Assembly (NCBI GenBank): GCA_043228905.1
Contig: JBHGNT010000002.1
Location: 1,984,001 to 2,048,000, forward strand
Direction of reading: 5' to 3'
DNA length: 64,000 nt
Source of the DNA: Azolla caroliniana
Taxonomy: Eukaryota > Plantae > Polypodiophyta
The translations under genes and the position numbers were made by a program. Every line of letters begins with the position of its first letter. Positions within the stretch are counted from its first letter, which is position 1. The notes beneath the pieces were generated by a model. That model was not told the DNA's origin. It ran no database searches and saw only the letters and a list, made by a program, of their open reading frames with translations. Positions 50,711-63,184 of this stretch are shown here, piece after piece.

Positions 50711-52830
50711 TGTCAGGAATAGTACTAAAGCAGAGATGGAATTAGTACTAAGAAGAGCAGTACTATTAGTACTAAGAGGACGGGACTGCGTAAGATTCCC
50801 GAGAGAGAGGAAGTGAGAAGATGAGAGAGAGAGAGATAGGATGATGATAGCAGCTCTTATATTATATGAAAGATAAGTACAAATCGGCTAAGAGGCTTAA
50901 GACTGATGTTTAACCAATTTGGTTCAAAACAATGCCTTGTGCCTCCTTTTATAGTGTTTTTAGGAATAATCCTAAAGCTTCTAGAATGTTCCAGAGAGAT
51001 CTGGAATATACATCAATTTTCTATGATAAAGCATAAATGAAAATAATATCCTACAAATTACAATTCATAGTCTAATGGTAAGAGTTCGACCCATGTAGCA
51101 TAAGGTCATGGGTTCGAGTCTTGCCATATCATGACACTATCTCCCCCTTAAAGACGACGAGTGGAACGAGTCGGCGCTAATTGCGAACCGGGTTTGTCCG
51201 GATACTTTCGGTGGAAATCAGCAAGAAGATCTTGTGCATTGGCAACATGCTCGACGGGTTCCCAAGTACGTTCGCTCGGACTATAACCGAGCCAATCGAC
51301 CAAGTAATAAAGTTTGTTGCGAACAAGTTTGGAATCGAGGATGGCAGCAACTTCATACTCTGGGCCGGCGTCCAACTCCAGCGGGGGCGGCGGTGGTGTC
51401 ACACGATCGGGAATGGTGTTTGCTTTATAAGGTTCAAGAAGAGAACAATGGAAAACCGGATGTATCTGAAGCTACGGAGGGAGATCAAGGCGGAAGGTGA
51501 CATCATTAATCTTACCCGTAATACGAAAGGGACCGAGTCGTCGATAATCCAACTTGTCGCACGGTCGAGTAGTCTTGATGTGACGACGTAAGAGCCATAC
51601 TCGATCTCCGATGGCAAAAGAGGAGGGAATCCGATGACGATCCGCATAAGTCTTCTATGTGTGTTGAGCATGACGAAGGTGAGTAGAGAGATCCATCTGG
51701 ATCTTGCGTAGCCTCTCCAAATGATCCTCGGCACAAGGGTTGGTAGGTAGCTCCGGAGTGTCGATCACCGACCATCGAGGATGGAAACCGGTATAAGCGA
51801 AAAATGGGGAGACCCGATTCGAGGAGTGAATAGCATTATTATACGCAAACTCTGCAAAGTGGAGAATCTCGGCCCAATCGTCCTGTTGATAACTCAAGAA
51901 ACACCGGAGATATTGCTCCAGTGTTTGGTTTGTTTGTTCCGCCTGCCCGTCGGTCTGAGGATGGTAGCCGGAGGAGAGGTTGCAGGAGACCTTGAGCATC
52001 TTGAAGAGATGCTGCCAAAATTTGGAGACAAATTGCGGGCCTCGGTCACTGATAATACTGTCTCGGAGGCCATGATTCCGAAATACCTCACACATAACAA
52101 GAGCGGCGGTTTCCTCGCTAGTGATGGCTTTAGTACACGGCACAAAATGTGCCATCTTCGTGTATCGATCGACGACGGTTAGGATAGCATCGAACCCCTT
52201 CGAGACCGGCAGATCTGTGATAAAATCAAGACAAATAGACTGCCACGGCTTACTTGGAATCGGTAAGGGTTCCAACAAGCCATATGGATGGTGTCGTGGC
52301 ATCTTTGCTTGGCAGCAAGCATCACAGGTCCGAACGTAGTCGTTGACAAAACGGCGCATGTGGGGCCACCAAAAAGATCGTTGCACTAGCTCCAACGTCT
52401 TAGTACTACCGAAATGTCCCGCTGTATGGGTGTCGTGACAATGTTGGATGATTTGAAGGCGACAGGAGCAATCGGGGACATATACGCGCTTTTTAAAGAA
52501 TAACAAACCATCATGATATTCGAATTGTCGGTAGTCAATACCTGGTTGTTGAGACCGAGAACAAGATGCCTGAGAAGTATCAATGTGCGCCAGGATGTCT
52601 TGAGCAAAACTATCCGTCTTCAAGGTTGCACGTATGTCATCGGTAATCCGTGAATCCATCGGGGTGTGAAAAATCCGCGTCGTGTGCAATCGTGTTGGTC
52701 CCAAGATTACTTGCTTTTGATTATCAAATGTTGCGTCACCAGGACGAGGTGCAAGATATGAACGCCGTGATAGTGCATCTGCTTTTCCTTGCTTCTTCCC
52801 CGGTCGATATGTGATTTTGAAGTTGAAACG
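50711..52830 (-). mobile_element. 5'-truncated chromovirus F: 3' LTR 50711-51136, PPT, then RNase H end, integrase and chromodomain (51148-52830)
   Basis: TGTCAGG...CATGACA LTR, KADALSR, the HHCC motif, SDRGPQF, and chromodomain YEVAAILDS...YLVDWLGY...TWEP. It is related to but distinct from element B. Confidence 0.88.
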
Positions 52831-55800
52831 CATCGTCGCGTTACTACGCGCGTGCGTGGAGAAACGAGGCGGGACCATCGGGGTCTTGAACCAAAGAGCA
52901 GGTGATAGAAGGGGAAAGAGAAAGAGAGAGACGCTCGGTTACGTATGAGCGAAGAAACACAGGGACACGGCCCTATCGACGCAGAAGACACGAATGGACA
53001 CAGAGACAGAGAGACACGAGTGTTTGTATATTAATGAATGACAAATAAACAACAGAGCACGCGAGCGGTTACAACCGAACAAGCCGGCGAACAGATGCCG
53101 ATGCCTGCTCGTCTGCGCACGAAAGGGGATAGGATGGAGGTGCTGCCGGAAGCACACGGGCGTTCATCGAAGCAGCGCGAGCCTCCCGAAAACCTGCAGA
53201 GAAGAGCGATGGAGAACGAACAGAGGAGAAGCGTTCGCTTTCGGTCCGACAACACTTCGTCTTCCTCAATGCGCGATCCCCTTCTCCCCCGCGTCTCCCT
53301 CTCTCTTATCGCTTCAAGAAGGGAGCCGTTTCCCTCATTAACTTCCTACCTGCCGAATCTAACTACCTAGGATATACCTTTGTACCTAGTTCTCTATTAT
53401 ATACATTAAAGGGAGCGCACGCGTGAAGAGCCGGTTCACGCGCGCTTTGCACCGATTGCGCTAAGGGACGGTTTTCTTCACGACATCCGCCCCCACCTAA
53501 CCGCGCATCCACCGGTATGCGCCAAAATTGGGTTCTGGTTGGAGAAAACCGGTCCGGGTTCCGGTTCCTCGTCCATCGGTTCGTCCTCCGTTTCGGACTG
53601 TTCGTCGTCGCTGTCCGGGCCTCTTAGATCCGGTTCGCCGTTGTGACGCTTCTTGAATGCTTTGATCTGCTTCCCTGCTACCGGTATCGCCATCCTCGTA
53701 CCGTCGAGTTCCGCCAAGTGATACGTCTCGTTGTCGTTGGCGCTTGTTACCACGTAAGGCCCGAACCACCGCTTTGCAAACTTCCGTGTTGCTCGGTGCT
53801 GGTTGTCGAGGCTGTTGTCGTAGACTAGCAACCAGTCGCCTTCCTCAATTTTCTTTGGTCTGAGCCGGTGCGTTCGGTCGAACCGGGCTTTGTTCCTTAT
53901 CCTCGCCGTCCGAAGTCTCTCCGCCGCTCGTTCCACGTCCTCTGGCCTCCGCTCGAGCTGCCGTATACGCGCCACTAGCAGTTCTTCCCGGCTCATCTCG
54001 TCTCTCCAGTCCACTGTCGCCCAAGAGGAGATCGTCCATTCCATCGGCATGATCGGCTTCTGTCCGAACATGAGCTCTGACGGCATGAACTCGGTTACCG
54101 AACTATGCGTTGTCCGGTCCGCCCACAAGGCATAAGGTAATAGTCGCGGCCAGTTCCCGACCTGGCCTCCGCACGCCCGGACTAGCGCTTTGACGATCGG
54201 TCCGTGTCCGCGCTCCACCTTCCCGTTCGCCTCTGGATTGTACGTTGTGGTGAGCGAGAGCTTGACCCCTAACTGTTCGAACAGCTCCTCGGCCTCTTCG
54301 GCGTCCAACTCCCCGCGGTCAGCCACGATCTTCCCGACACACCCGTACCGGCATATCACGTCCTCGATCTGGAACCGACACACGGCCGCAGTCGTTTTGT
54401 TTTGTAGGGCTCGGCCTTCCACCTGGTTCGTCAGGTTCTCCCGGGCCAGCACCAGATATCGCAGCTGCCCTACGCCCATCGGCATCGTCACCAAATCTAC
54501 CATCCATTTGAAGTGGATGGCTGGAGGGTACGTAGGGTGAAGCTCGTCCCGATGTCGGACTATGGAGTGTATCTGATAGCTCTCACAAGTTGTCGCGAAC
54601 CGATGCACGTCCCGATACAGTCCCAGCCACCAGTACTTCCCCTTTAGATTCTCAAACGTGGCCCACGTCCCACGGTGTCCAGCCTAGGGGCTGTCGTGGT
54701 AGACCTTCAGTAACTCCTCTTGTTCCTCCTCCATCGCCACTACTCGGAGCGGGATGTCGTTTCTCTTCTTCGGGTGCTTCCACAAGTATGCGTCCCGGAG
54801 AAAGAATCGGTACGCTTTCTTCCGGATCCGGCTGGCCTCGTCCTTTGTCCATGACGCGTCCGGCGTCATCGTCCTTAAGAATCCCCCAATCAGCAGCCAC
54901 TCCCCGTCGTACTTGCTCTCGTTGAAATCGTTAAGCGTCGGAGTGCTCCCCCCCTTGGTTGTTACGTAAGCCGCCTCAAAGAAGTCCACGCCGACTTCCT
55001 CGTCCTCCGAAACCATGCCGCCCTCGTCGTCGAATCGCGCCCTCGAAAGCATGTCGGCCATGGCATTGTCTTTCTCGGAAATGTGTCGTATTTCCGGATC
55101 CAGGGACTTGATGTACGCTATCCACATGAGCATTTCCAGGTCCGAGGTTGCGCATCCGGAAACCATGCCAAGAATCGGCAGGCAGTACGTCTCGATAATC
55201 ACCTCTGTCCCGATCAGATAGTCTTTATCGGCCTTCACCGCCGAAACGATACCCCAGAGTTCGCGTTTAACTTGGGCGTATCCTCGATGTCGCCCGCTGA
55301 GGACCTTCGCGCCGAACCGGATTGGGAACCGAATGTCGTCCTCATCTTCTCGGTTGACGACCCATCCAATCCCGGTCGGACTTGTATCTACCGTTATGTA
55401 GATGGGAGTGCCTTTCTCGTAGACAGCCTTCCGGAGTGCCGGAGCTGCAGCAAGAGCCTCCTTCATCTTTCGGACCGACTCCGTATGCTCGTCTCGCCAC
55501 TCGAATTTTCGCCCCTTTTTCAGCAACCCGTATAGCGGCTCGGCAACATGGGCGTAATGCGGGATCCATATGTGGTAGAACGCGCATGCTCCCAAGAACC
55601 TCCGTACCTACGTGACCGAGTTATAGTCGGGCTTCATTGCGGAGATGGCTTCCACCTTAGCCGGAGACGGTTTCCGGCCATATAGTCCGCATAGATGTCT
55701 GACGACCATAATCTCTGATTGCCCGAAGGCCGATTTCTCCCAGGAGAAGGTGAGCCTCGCGTCCTCTAGCCTCTGCAGCACCCTCTCGCAGTCGTCAATG

Positions 55801-58455
55801 TGTGTCGCCACGAATTTCCAGCATCCGTCCGGTCCGATCGTTTCGTCCTTTTCCTCCACCGGACATCCCTTGATCGGGATGTCGTCCAAGAACGGCATGG
55901 TGATGTCCCGGATACAATCCCTCAACACCTTGTTCATCGCATTCACCATGTGGGCCGCCGAGTTCGTCCCTCCTTGTGGCAGGGTACACATCCGCACTAT
56001 GCCGAGAGGACTCCGCATCGTCGTAATGTCTTTGCTCTCTACGGCCAGTTGGAACTGATCGTACCTCGAGTACAGATCACCGACCGAGTAGATCGACCTT
56101 CCGGCGAAGGCCTCCGTGAACTCGTCTATCGTTGGTCCGATTCTTGCGTTCCGAATGGTCACTCTGTTGACCGGTTGCAGGTCTTGAATGAAGCGCAACG
56201 TCCCGTTCTTCTTCGGTACAGTAAACCACCGGTTCGAGTACGGGGCACTCGACGGTTCGAGGATGCCCATATCGACTTTTTGCCTCAACAGCTCCATCAG
56301 CTCCGGGATGTGAGCTCTCGATACCAGAATTGGTTTGAGATTCCATGGCACATGCGGTACCGTGAATATCACCATCGGCTTCACGACTGTCGGGTCTACG
56401 CACCCGATCTCTTCCGGTGAGAATGCGAAGGCTTTCCCGTGCCTTCCGAGCATTCTCCGAAACCAGTCTTCTTCCGCCAGCAGTAGGAACCCGCCCCCAC
56501 CGATTTTGAGCTCCCGTAGCGTTCTGTCGGTGAAGGTGTGTCCTATGTAGGCCGAATCTCGTAAACTGGGGTCTGATGCGACCCCCTCGATTCGCATCTT
56601 GCTACCCTTCGGTAAGGGTGCCGCGACTGGCCTTACCTTCCGGTCCACAGTCTTGTACTTCGTGTTAACCCGGGCCGTCCGATCCGACTCGAGCCCCCGA
56701 CTGAAGTCCGCGATGACTTCGTACATCTCTTCTGAACAAACCGGTATTGTCTGGTCCTCTTTAAGGCCCTCTCCGACCACCTCTCGCAGTATTCCCAAGG
56801 TATCGTCGAAGGAGACCGCCTCCACGGCTCCGTTGATTTCCTCGCTGGGCCTGAGAACTCCCCACGCCTGAAGTCGCTCTTCCGCCCTTGTCTTTTCTCG
56901 GCCAATGACGTCGACTATCGTACACCCTCCGTTGTCGGAGAAACAAAACCTCCTACTTATGGTACAAGGTTTCTTCGATTTCGCCTCTATTGTACATTTG
57001 TGGGGTTTTCCCGGAGTGTCCGTACTATCGCGGCCCCACGCCTTGACAATCCTCTCTAAAAATCCTCTCGGTTCTCGCCACCGAGGGACTCGCGGTTTCG
57101 CTTGTGGTTCGGTCGCACCGTCAGGAACTGGACCGAATGACGCCCGTCCTGACTCTTGACCCTCGCGTAAGCCGACCCGTTGTCCAGCACCTTGGTCTCC
57201 ATCCGCGCTACCGTAATGTACGGTTCTCCCAGTATGACCGGGTGCGAGGACGTCTCCTGCACAAAGAAGTGTTGGTCTATCTCGACGTCGCCGATCTTGA
57301 CTCGCACGTTTGGGCAAGCCCCGTGTAGTTCCTCGGTGGCGCGCGTCGCCGCCCGTATCTTCCACCCGTGCTTGGTGTTGATCGGCCATTTCCCCTTCTT
57401 GTAGAAGTCCATGGACATGAGGTTTATTTCCGAACCGTGGTCCACCAGCGCCACCACCGGTTCCTGAACACCTCCGATCTTCACCGGGGTTTCCGTGGTC
57501 GCTCGGGCCCAGTGTGGCCTCGAATAGTGGCTCTCCGCCCACTCGTCTTCCAACGCCATGTCCTCTATGTGCGTCGTCCACACTTCCACCGGCCTTTCCG
57601 GTTCTGTCTCCATCGACAACCTCTTCCTCTTCACCAAGTCTACGATGGAGTCGTGGAACTCCTTCTTGGCGATCCCGAGCACCTCCCGCAACGACAGTTC
57701 CACCTTGTTGTCGAGGATTCGTTCTTCCAGGACCTTTCGTAGGTCCGTGGTCCTTTCAATCTCCGTGCCCAACCGGTATCCGCCCTTCTTGTGGTTATCC
57801 CGGGACTGGTCTCACCAGCCTCGCTCCGTTTCGGCCCGAATCGGGTTTCGTATCTCTGTGAGGGTCCGGCCCCTCCGGCTTTACCTACCCATTTGTCTTC
57901 AACCAGAGCCTCGTAGTTCTGGCAAGCTGCTTCGACAGAACTCGTCTTTTCTTCGACCGGGTCACTCCACCCGGTTACCTCCTGGACCTGCTTCTCCGCG
58001 CGGTCCGCCTTGTCTTTCCTTAGTCGGGCACCGGCGAGGCCTTCCAGCATTGTCGGCCAGAACCCGACTTTGCTCTCCTTCCGGGCCTCGCTGCCTCCGA
58101 CCCGAATATCGGCTGATGCCGAGTAGTGGACGGTCTCCGCGTGCCAGGCCGCCGCCTCTTCAATCAGCCTTTTCATTCCTCCTCGCCCGTCGTTTCGGTT
58201 CAGGGCCCTCCGGGTATCGTTGGCGTGCACCCGACCCTCCCACAGGTACACTACCCGGCTTCTCAAAGCCTCCGCAAAGTCCCCGCAGTCTTTCCGGATG
58301 TGGCCGACCTCGTCGCACCACATGCACCTATTTCCTGCCGGAGGCCGTCGGTCACGAGCCTGTTTGCCACCTTCCCTCCGAGCCTGGGCAATCTGGAGAT
58401 CCTTTACCGCCCGTGTCAACTCCTCCAAAGTTGTTCCCCCGCAATTGCCACGTAC
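52831..58455 (-). mobile_element. GC-rich non-chromovirus Ty3/Gypsy element G inserted in F: 3' LTR ~52831-53485 and frameshifted gag-pol; 5' LTR absent
   Basis: LTR ends ...TCACGACA next to the PPT GGTGGGGGCGGA. Gag CMWCDEVGHIRKDC, protease LVDHGSEINL, RT DLYSRYDQ/LPQGGTNS/FLDD, RNase H VDTSPTG/ADMLSR, integrase VDLV/ADRGE/VERGH. No chromodomain. Confidence 0.88.
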
Positions 58456-58459
58456 CAAA

Positions 58460-60520
58460 GAATTTTTCCCAATAAAGAAGAAAATAATATGTCACTTATG
58501 AAACATAGAAAAAACCTTATGTCCCTACATGGCATCTCCACCTCTATAATATCATCGACTTCTACATTTCTCATTATATCTATATTGTTAGGTAAAATAT
58601 CATGTGGTGCTTGGTTTGCAATTGCATGAATTACTTTCCAATATTGATCTTTCATCTCCTCCTTCTCTCCTTTCGCCATAATATGCGTGCATGATGGTTT
58701 CCATACCATATCTATATCCTCCCCTTACATATTATTAAGATCAATCTTTTGCTTCCTCATATGTTATTTTCATCTCCTTCTCTTAGTTTGTGTCTTCTTT
58801 ATCCATTCATCCATCCCTTCCATGAACTATGCCCCAATTATAAGGATAGGAAAGAAAAAGAAAGAAAATTAATGTGTAACATTCGCATTGAAAAGATAGC
58901 ACCTGTGTGTTATGAAGTCGAAAAAAGATTGGTTGCAAAATCTTTTAGAAGTTGAATTACACTCTCCCAAATGAATTGATATAGCTTTTGATTCTTGTAT
59001 TCTAATTAGCTTACCGTAGTGGTAAGTTATTAGAATGCCTAGATATTGGGTTTGAGACCTAACTTTCATAGAACTTCTCCATTACTTAATATAAATTTTC
59101 TTAATTTGCTAGAGGCCAACATGGAATGTAGGGGTTGCACACATGACCTTCTAGTTTCTCCTAGGTGAAGTTTTCTTGTTCTTTTATTGGGTGAAAACAC
59201 ACAATTATATAAATAAAGGGGTGTGAAAAAAACTACACACAATGGGTATCACAATGGACTATGGTCACCACTACAAGGGCGGTGGAACATAATGAATTAT
59301 TAATAGGCAAGATGAACACTCCACCGAAGAAATAATTTCTACTTGCTCCAATAAAGAAAATCGCCACATTTGTCCTCCCTTCAACTTTCGTAGATATGTT
59401 TTGACTTCATGCCTACCATCAAATATAAAAACAATGTACATATCCTAGTTATGACCCAATCCATAATATCTCAGAAATAGGAAAATAATCTTTATCTCTG
59501 ATTTTGGGTCGACATGTGTGAATTGTGCAAACATCCATTGTCTAGGTGTCAAACAACAACATGACAAAACTTTCCAAATTTAAGAAATGTAACTCCAAAC
59601 ATGACAATCGATCGGACTTGTATGAAACAATGAGCACTATCTTCCACTTGAACAATGCAAAAGAAGCAATTGCCCATTGCTAGTCCATGTCACTTTAGAG
59701 CTAATCCTAAACGCAAACCCCTTATCAAAGCTCTCCAAATGAAGACCTTCACAACAAATGACAATTTAGAATACCAACTACTTTTTAAAGATTTGCTACC
59801 ACCCATAATCATAGTTATGTACTTCCCATTATTGTTTAGTCGTAGATAATAACAATCAAAGAGACTTGATGGAGTAATGTTACAAGAGATTACTAGTCAC
59901 GAAAACGCCAAATACAATGACACATCTCCCCTCAACAAAGGGCCTCTTTCTTCGACTAGTTGAACATTCATGCTTAAGTTTGGGATTGATTCAAGCTTGC
60001 CCATGCATCTCCCCCCAACCAGGACGTCTTACTTTGACTAGTCCCTTGACGAGGCACCCAACTACTTTTTTAAGATCTGCTACCACCCATAATCATAGTT
60101 ATGTACTTCCCATTACTGTTTAGTCGTAGATAATAACAATCAAAGAGACTTGATGGAGTAATGTTACAAGAGATTACTAGTTATTTGTAGAAATGGTGTT
60201 TGACCTCGTAAACACAAATCACCCACTACTGCTTATGTTTGTAGAGGTAAAGGACCTTGCATCAATTGTGATATTTTGTACGAGTTGTTGCCAAATAACC
60301 CCATAATTGGGTGAGGTGCGTAGTAATTTTTGTGCTTCAACAAACTCCAAATTTCTTTGAGATCGAGTATCAACTATATCTCCCACTTCGATGATCCCAA
60401 AACGAAACAATCAATTAAATTGAAAGTAGAATCTCCCATTTCCAATCTAGCCAAAGATAGCCGAAAAACTCTTTTCGCAAAGAATTCAATGCTCTCTATT
60501 AGATGATGATATCCATACAA
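58460..60520 (-). pseudogene. AT-rich, highly decayed coding relic, possibly LINE-derived; includes a ~105 bp direct repeat (59795-59898 and 60078-60181)
   Basis: Short broken minus-strand ORFs. The duplicated segment tgctaccacccataatcatagttatg...gagattactag is read directly, but the family assignment is weak. Confidence 0.35.
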
Positions 60521-60659
60521 ATAATAAGAGTGAGCGCTTCATGCAATGAGACATGGGTCTCTCTCTCTTTCTCTCTCGCTAATTTGCTTAGCATATATTG
60601 TATGTATTGGGTTCGAAATCCAATTATCTCACCTCTTTATTACTACTCCACACACACAT

Positions 60660-60970
60660 ATCTCTTACTTAATTCATTACATGCCACTATGGAAAGCAGG
60701 GGTTGAACCCATGACCCCTCGTCTCTATTTCACTAATCTACTTACCATAGGAACCCAATCTTTGAACCTCTCTATTCCTCTCTTACTTAATTCACTAGAA
60801 TACATCGTGGAATGCACGGGTCGAACCCATGATCCCCCTATCTTTCTTTTTTTCACTAATCTGCTTACCATAGTATGTCTTTGGCTAGGAACCCAATCTA
60901 TTCCTCTCTTAATAATCTTAATTCACTAGAATATACCACTGTGGAATGTAGGGGTTGAACCCATGATCCC
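60660..60970 (-). repeat. Tandem ~130 bp units (three B-box-like copies) with tRNA/SINE-like A- and B-box motifs
   Basis: Minus strand CTATGGTAAG...GGG(G/A)TCATGGGTTC(A/G)ACCC is repeated; cttaattca-type spacers also recur. Confidence 0.55.
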
Positions 60971-61017
60971 CCATCTCCATTGGGCAACCTTATCAACTAA
61001 GCTACATCTATCTTGGT

Positions 61018-61056
<39 letters not shown>

Positions 61057-61210
61057 ATGTGTGTTTCTTCTTAGAGATTATAAAAGTCGTACATTTTTAT
61101 TATTGTTTTTATTTGTTTAATTATGTAATCTATTTATCTTCCGTTTTTTCAAAAGGGTATACGTTCATAAATAATTGAAATTCCTTCTTCTTCTTCTTCT
61201 TCTTTGCGAT

Positions 61211-61241
<31 letters not shown>

Positions 61242-61263
61242 GCGTTCTTTTTCTGCGGCTTCC

Positions 61264-62959
61264 ATGGATCCTTCTGCAGACGTTCCCCACAGAAGGCGGC
61301 CCTACTCGCTCCTTTTCCCTTCCAATCTTATCCATAATGGAGTCATGGAGATTTTTCGCCTCTTCAGACAACCTTCTAACAACAGCGAAGCCATTTTGAT
61401 CGATCGGATTAGGCCCTCTAGCACAGCAGAAGATGGAGAGCTTTCTATACGCATCATCAGATCGGAGGACATGGAACTTGCCAGAATACCTGATGATAAC
61501 AGCGTTAGTTCCTCAACGAATCTGTCTGCTTCTGCTTCTGCTTCTGCTGCTTCTTCTTCATCGTCTGTTTCTATTCCTCCTCCTTCTTCTTCGTCTTCCC
61601 CTGCTGTTGTCTCATTGCTTCCAGTCACTGTCTCTGAAGCGAGTAGAAATGATTCTTCGTCACAAGCTGAAACGGCAGAACCTGAACCTGTTATGAACCA
61701 GAGATACGACTTACAGTTGATCGGAAGATGGATGGAGCAAATTCTTCCTTTTTGCTTGTTTCTTTTGACAGTCTTCATCAGGCAACATCTGCAAGGTTAG
61801 CACAGTGTTCTTTTTTTGTCCCTTATTGGTTCCTCTGCTGCCTTAAGTTTATGCCACACAGTAATTAGAAAGCAATTGACGATATTTTTTCCTTACCTTC
61901 TATGATTTTGCCATCATAGGTCTGGTACAAATATAAGTTTTTGATATTTTGATTGCACAATTTATTCTTTTTTCTTAATTTCCATGGTCTTATTTCATGA
62001 AAACTGCCAAAATTAAATATATCTCTATAATAGGACCGCCGTCATATTTGTTTCCTTACCTTGGACGAATTTTGCAAGAATATTTTTTCACGAGCAGATT
62101 TTGCATATTATAATTTTTTGAGAAAGAGAGTTTTCTGATATTTTGTTGCCACAAATTCGGTGTTTTTGCTTGCTTTTTACAACTGTGTTCATCTGCGACA
62201 TCTACAAAGTAATTCATCAAGCTCCTTAGCAAATGATTAGATTCATATGATAGGATCATTATCAAAATCAGCATCATTTTGTTTACTTGTATGATAGGAT
62301 ACTTTTTGCATGAACAGAGATTTGCAAGCATAGCTCTGGTAAAAAGAAGTTTTGATATTTTTACTCAAGTCAAGGGATGCAAGATACAGTGACATGTGGT
62401 CATGCTACAAATAAGATGCCAAAACAGTATTTGGATCACAAATTTGCCAATTCTTCTGTTCAAGTCCATGGAATTTTTATTCTGAATTGACCAACAACTT
62501 TTACCAGCGAGATAATAATATTCTTATGTATATTGTACTGTCAAAATATATAGAAGTATAATTTTTATAGTAAAAAAATAAATATAGAAGTGAGGTGAGA
62601 TATCTCATTGCAATTTAATTTGGGAACTATGGTAATATGTATTATTTGTTCATCTCATGATTGAAACTTTAATGGGGATGACAAAGGTCTTTTCCAGTTT
62701 GTGCATGATATGTTTATGCTAATCTTGAGTTTGCAGTTAAATGATATTTGGATGAGTTGTCCTTTTGTAGATATCATTATCTCTTTTCGTTTCATTTACA
62801 TTTGATCACATTTTATTATATGGAATTTGCTAATGTTATTTAAGGCTTTTAATCCTTAATTATTTTATTTCATGGTTTGCAGGCTTTCTTTTAACTCTGT
62901 GGCTATCCTATGCAATGATGAAATCAAATGAATTTCTGAAGAAGCAGACAGCTCTAAAG
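61264..62959 (+). CDS. RING finger and transmembrane domain protein (RNFT1/2-like E3 ligase), partial: exons 61264-61795 and 62883-62959, continuing beyond the window
   Basis: Ser-rich N-terminus, then [32 protein letters not shown]|[26 protein letters not shown], matching the plant RNFT-like family. GT-AG junctions are in frame. The RING domain itself is not in the window. Confidence 0.8.
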
Positions 62960-63184
62960 GTATGCTTCTCTACAGTTACCGAGGATGAGTAATTGATCCC
63001 GCACATCACAATTTATTGTTCATAAAATTACATCACATCATTTACACCTAAAAGAGCCGTCTCTACGTATACTGAAACAAACATCAAATGCATCCTATAT
63101 TAGCTTTTATAATTCATAAACTCATATATTTCTAAGGTTTGATGAATTTTTAAAACTTAAAATAGCATCTTGTAAGGGCTCCTC

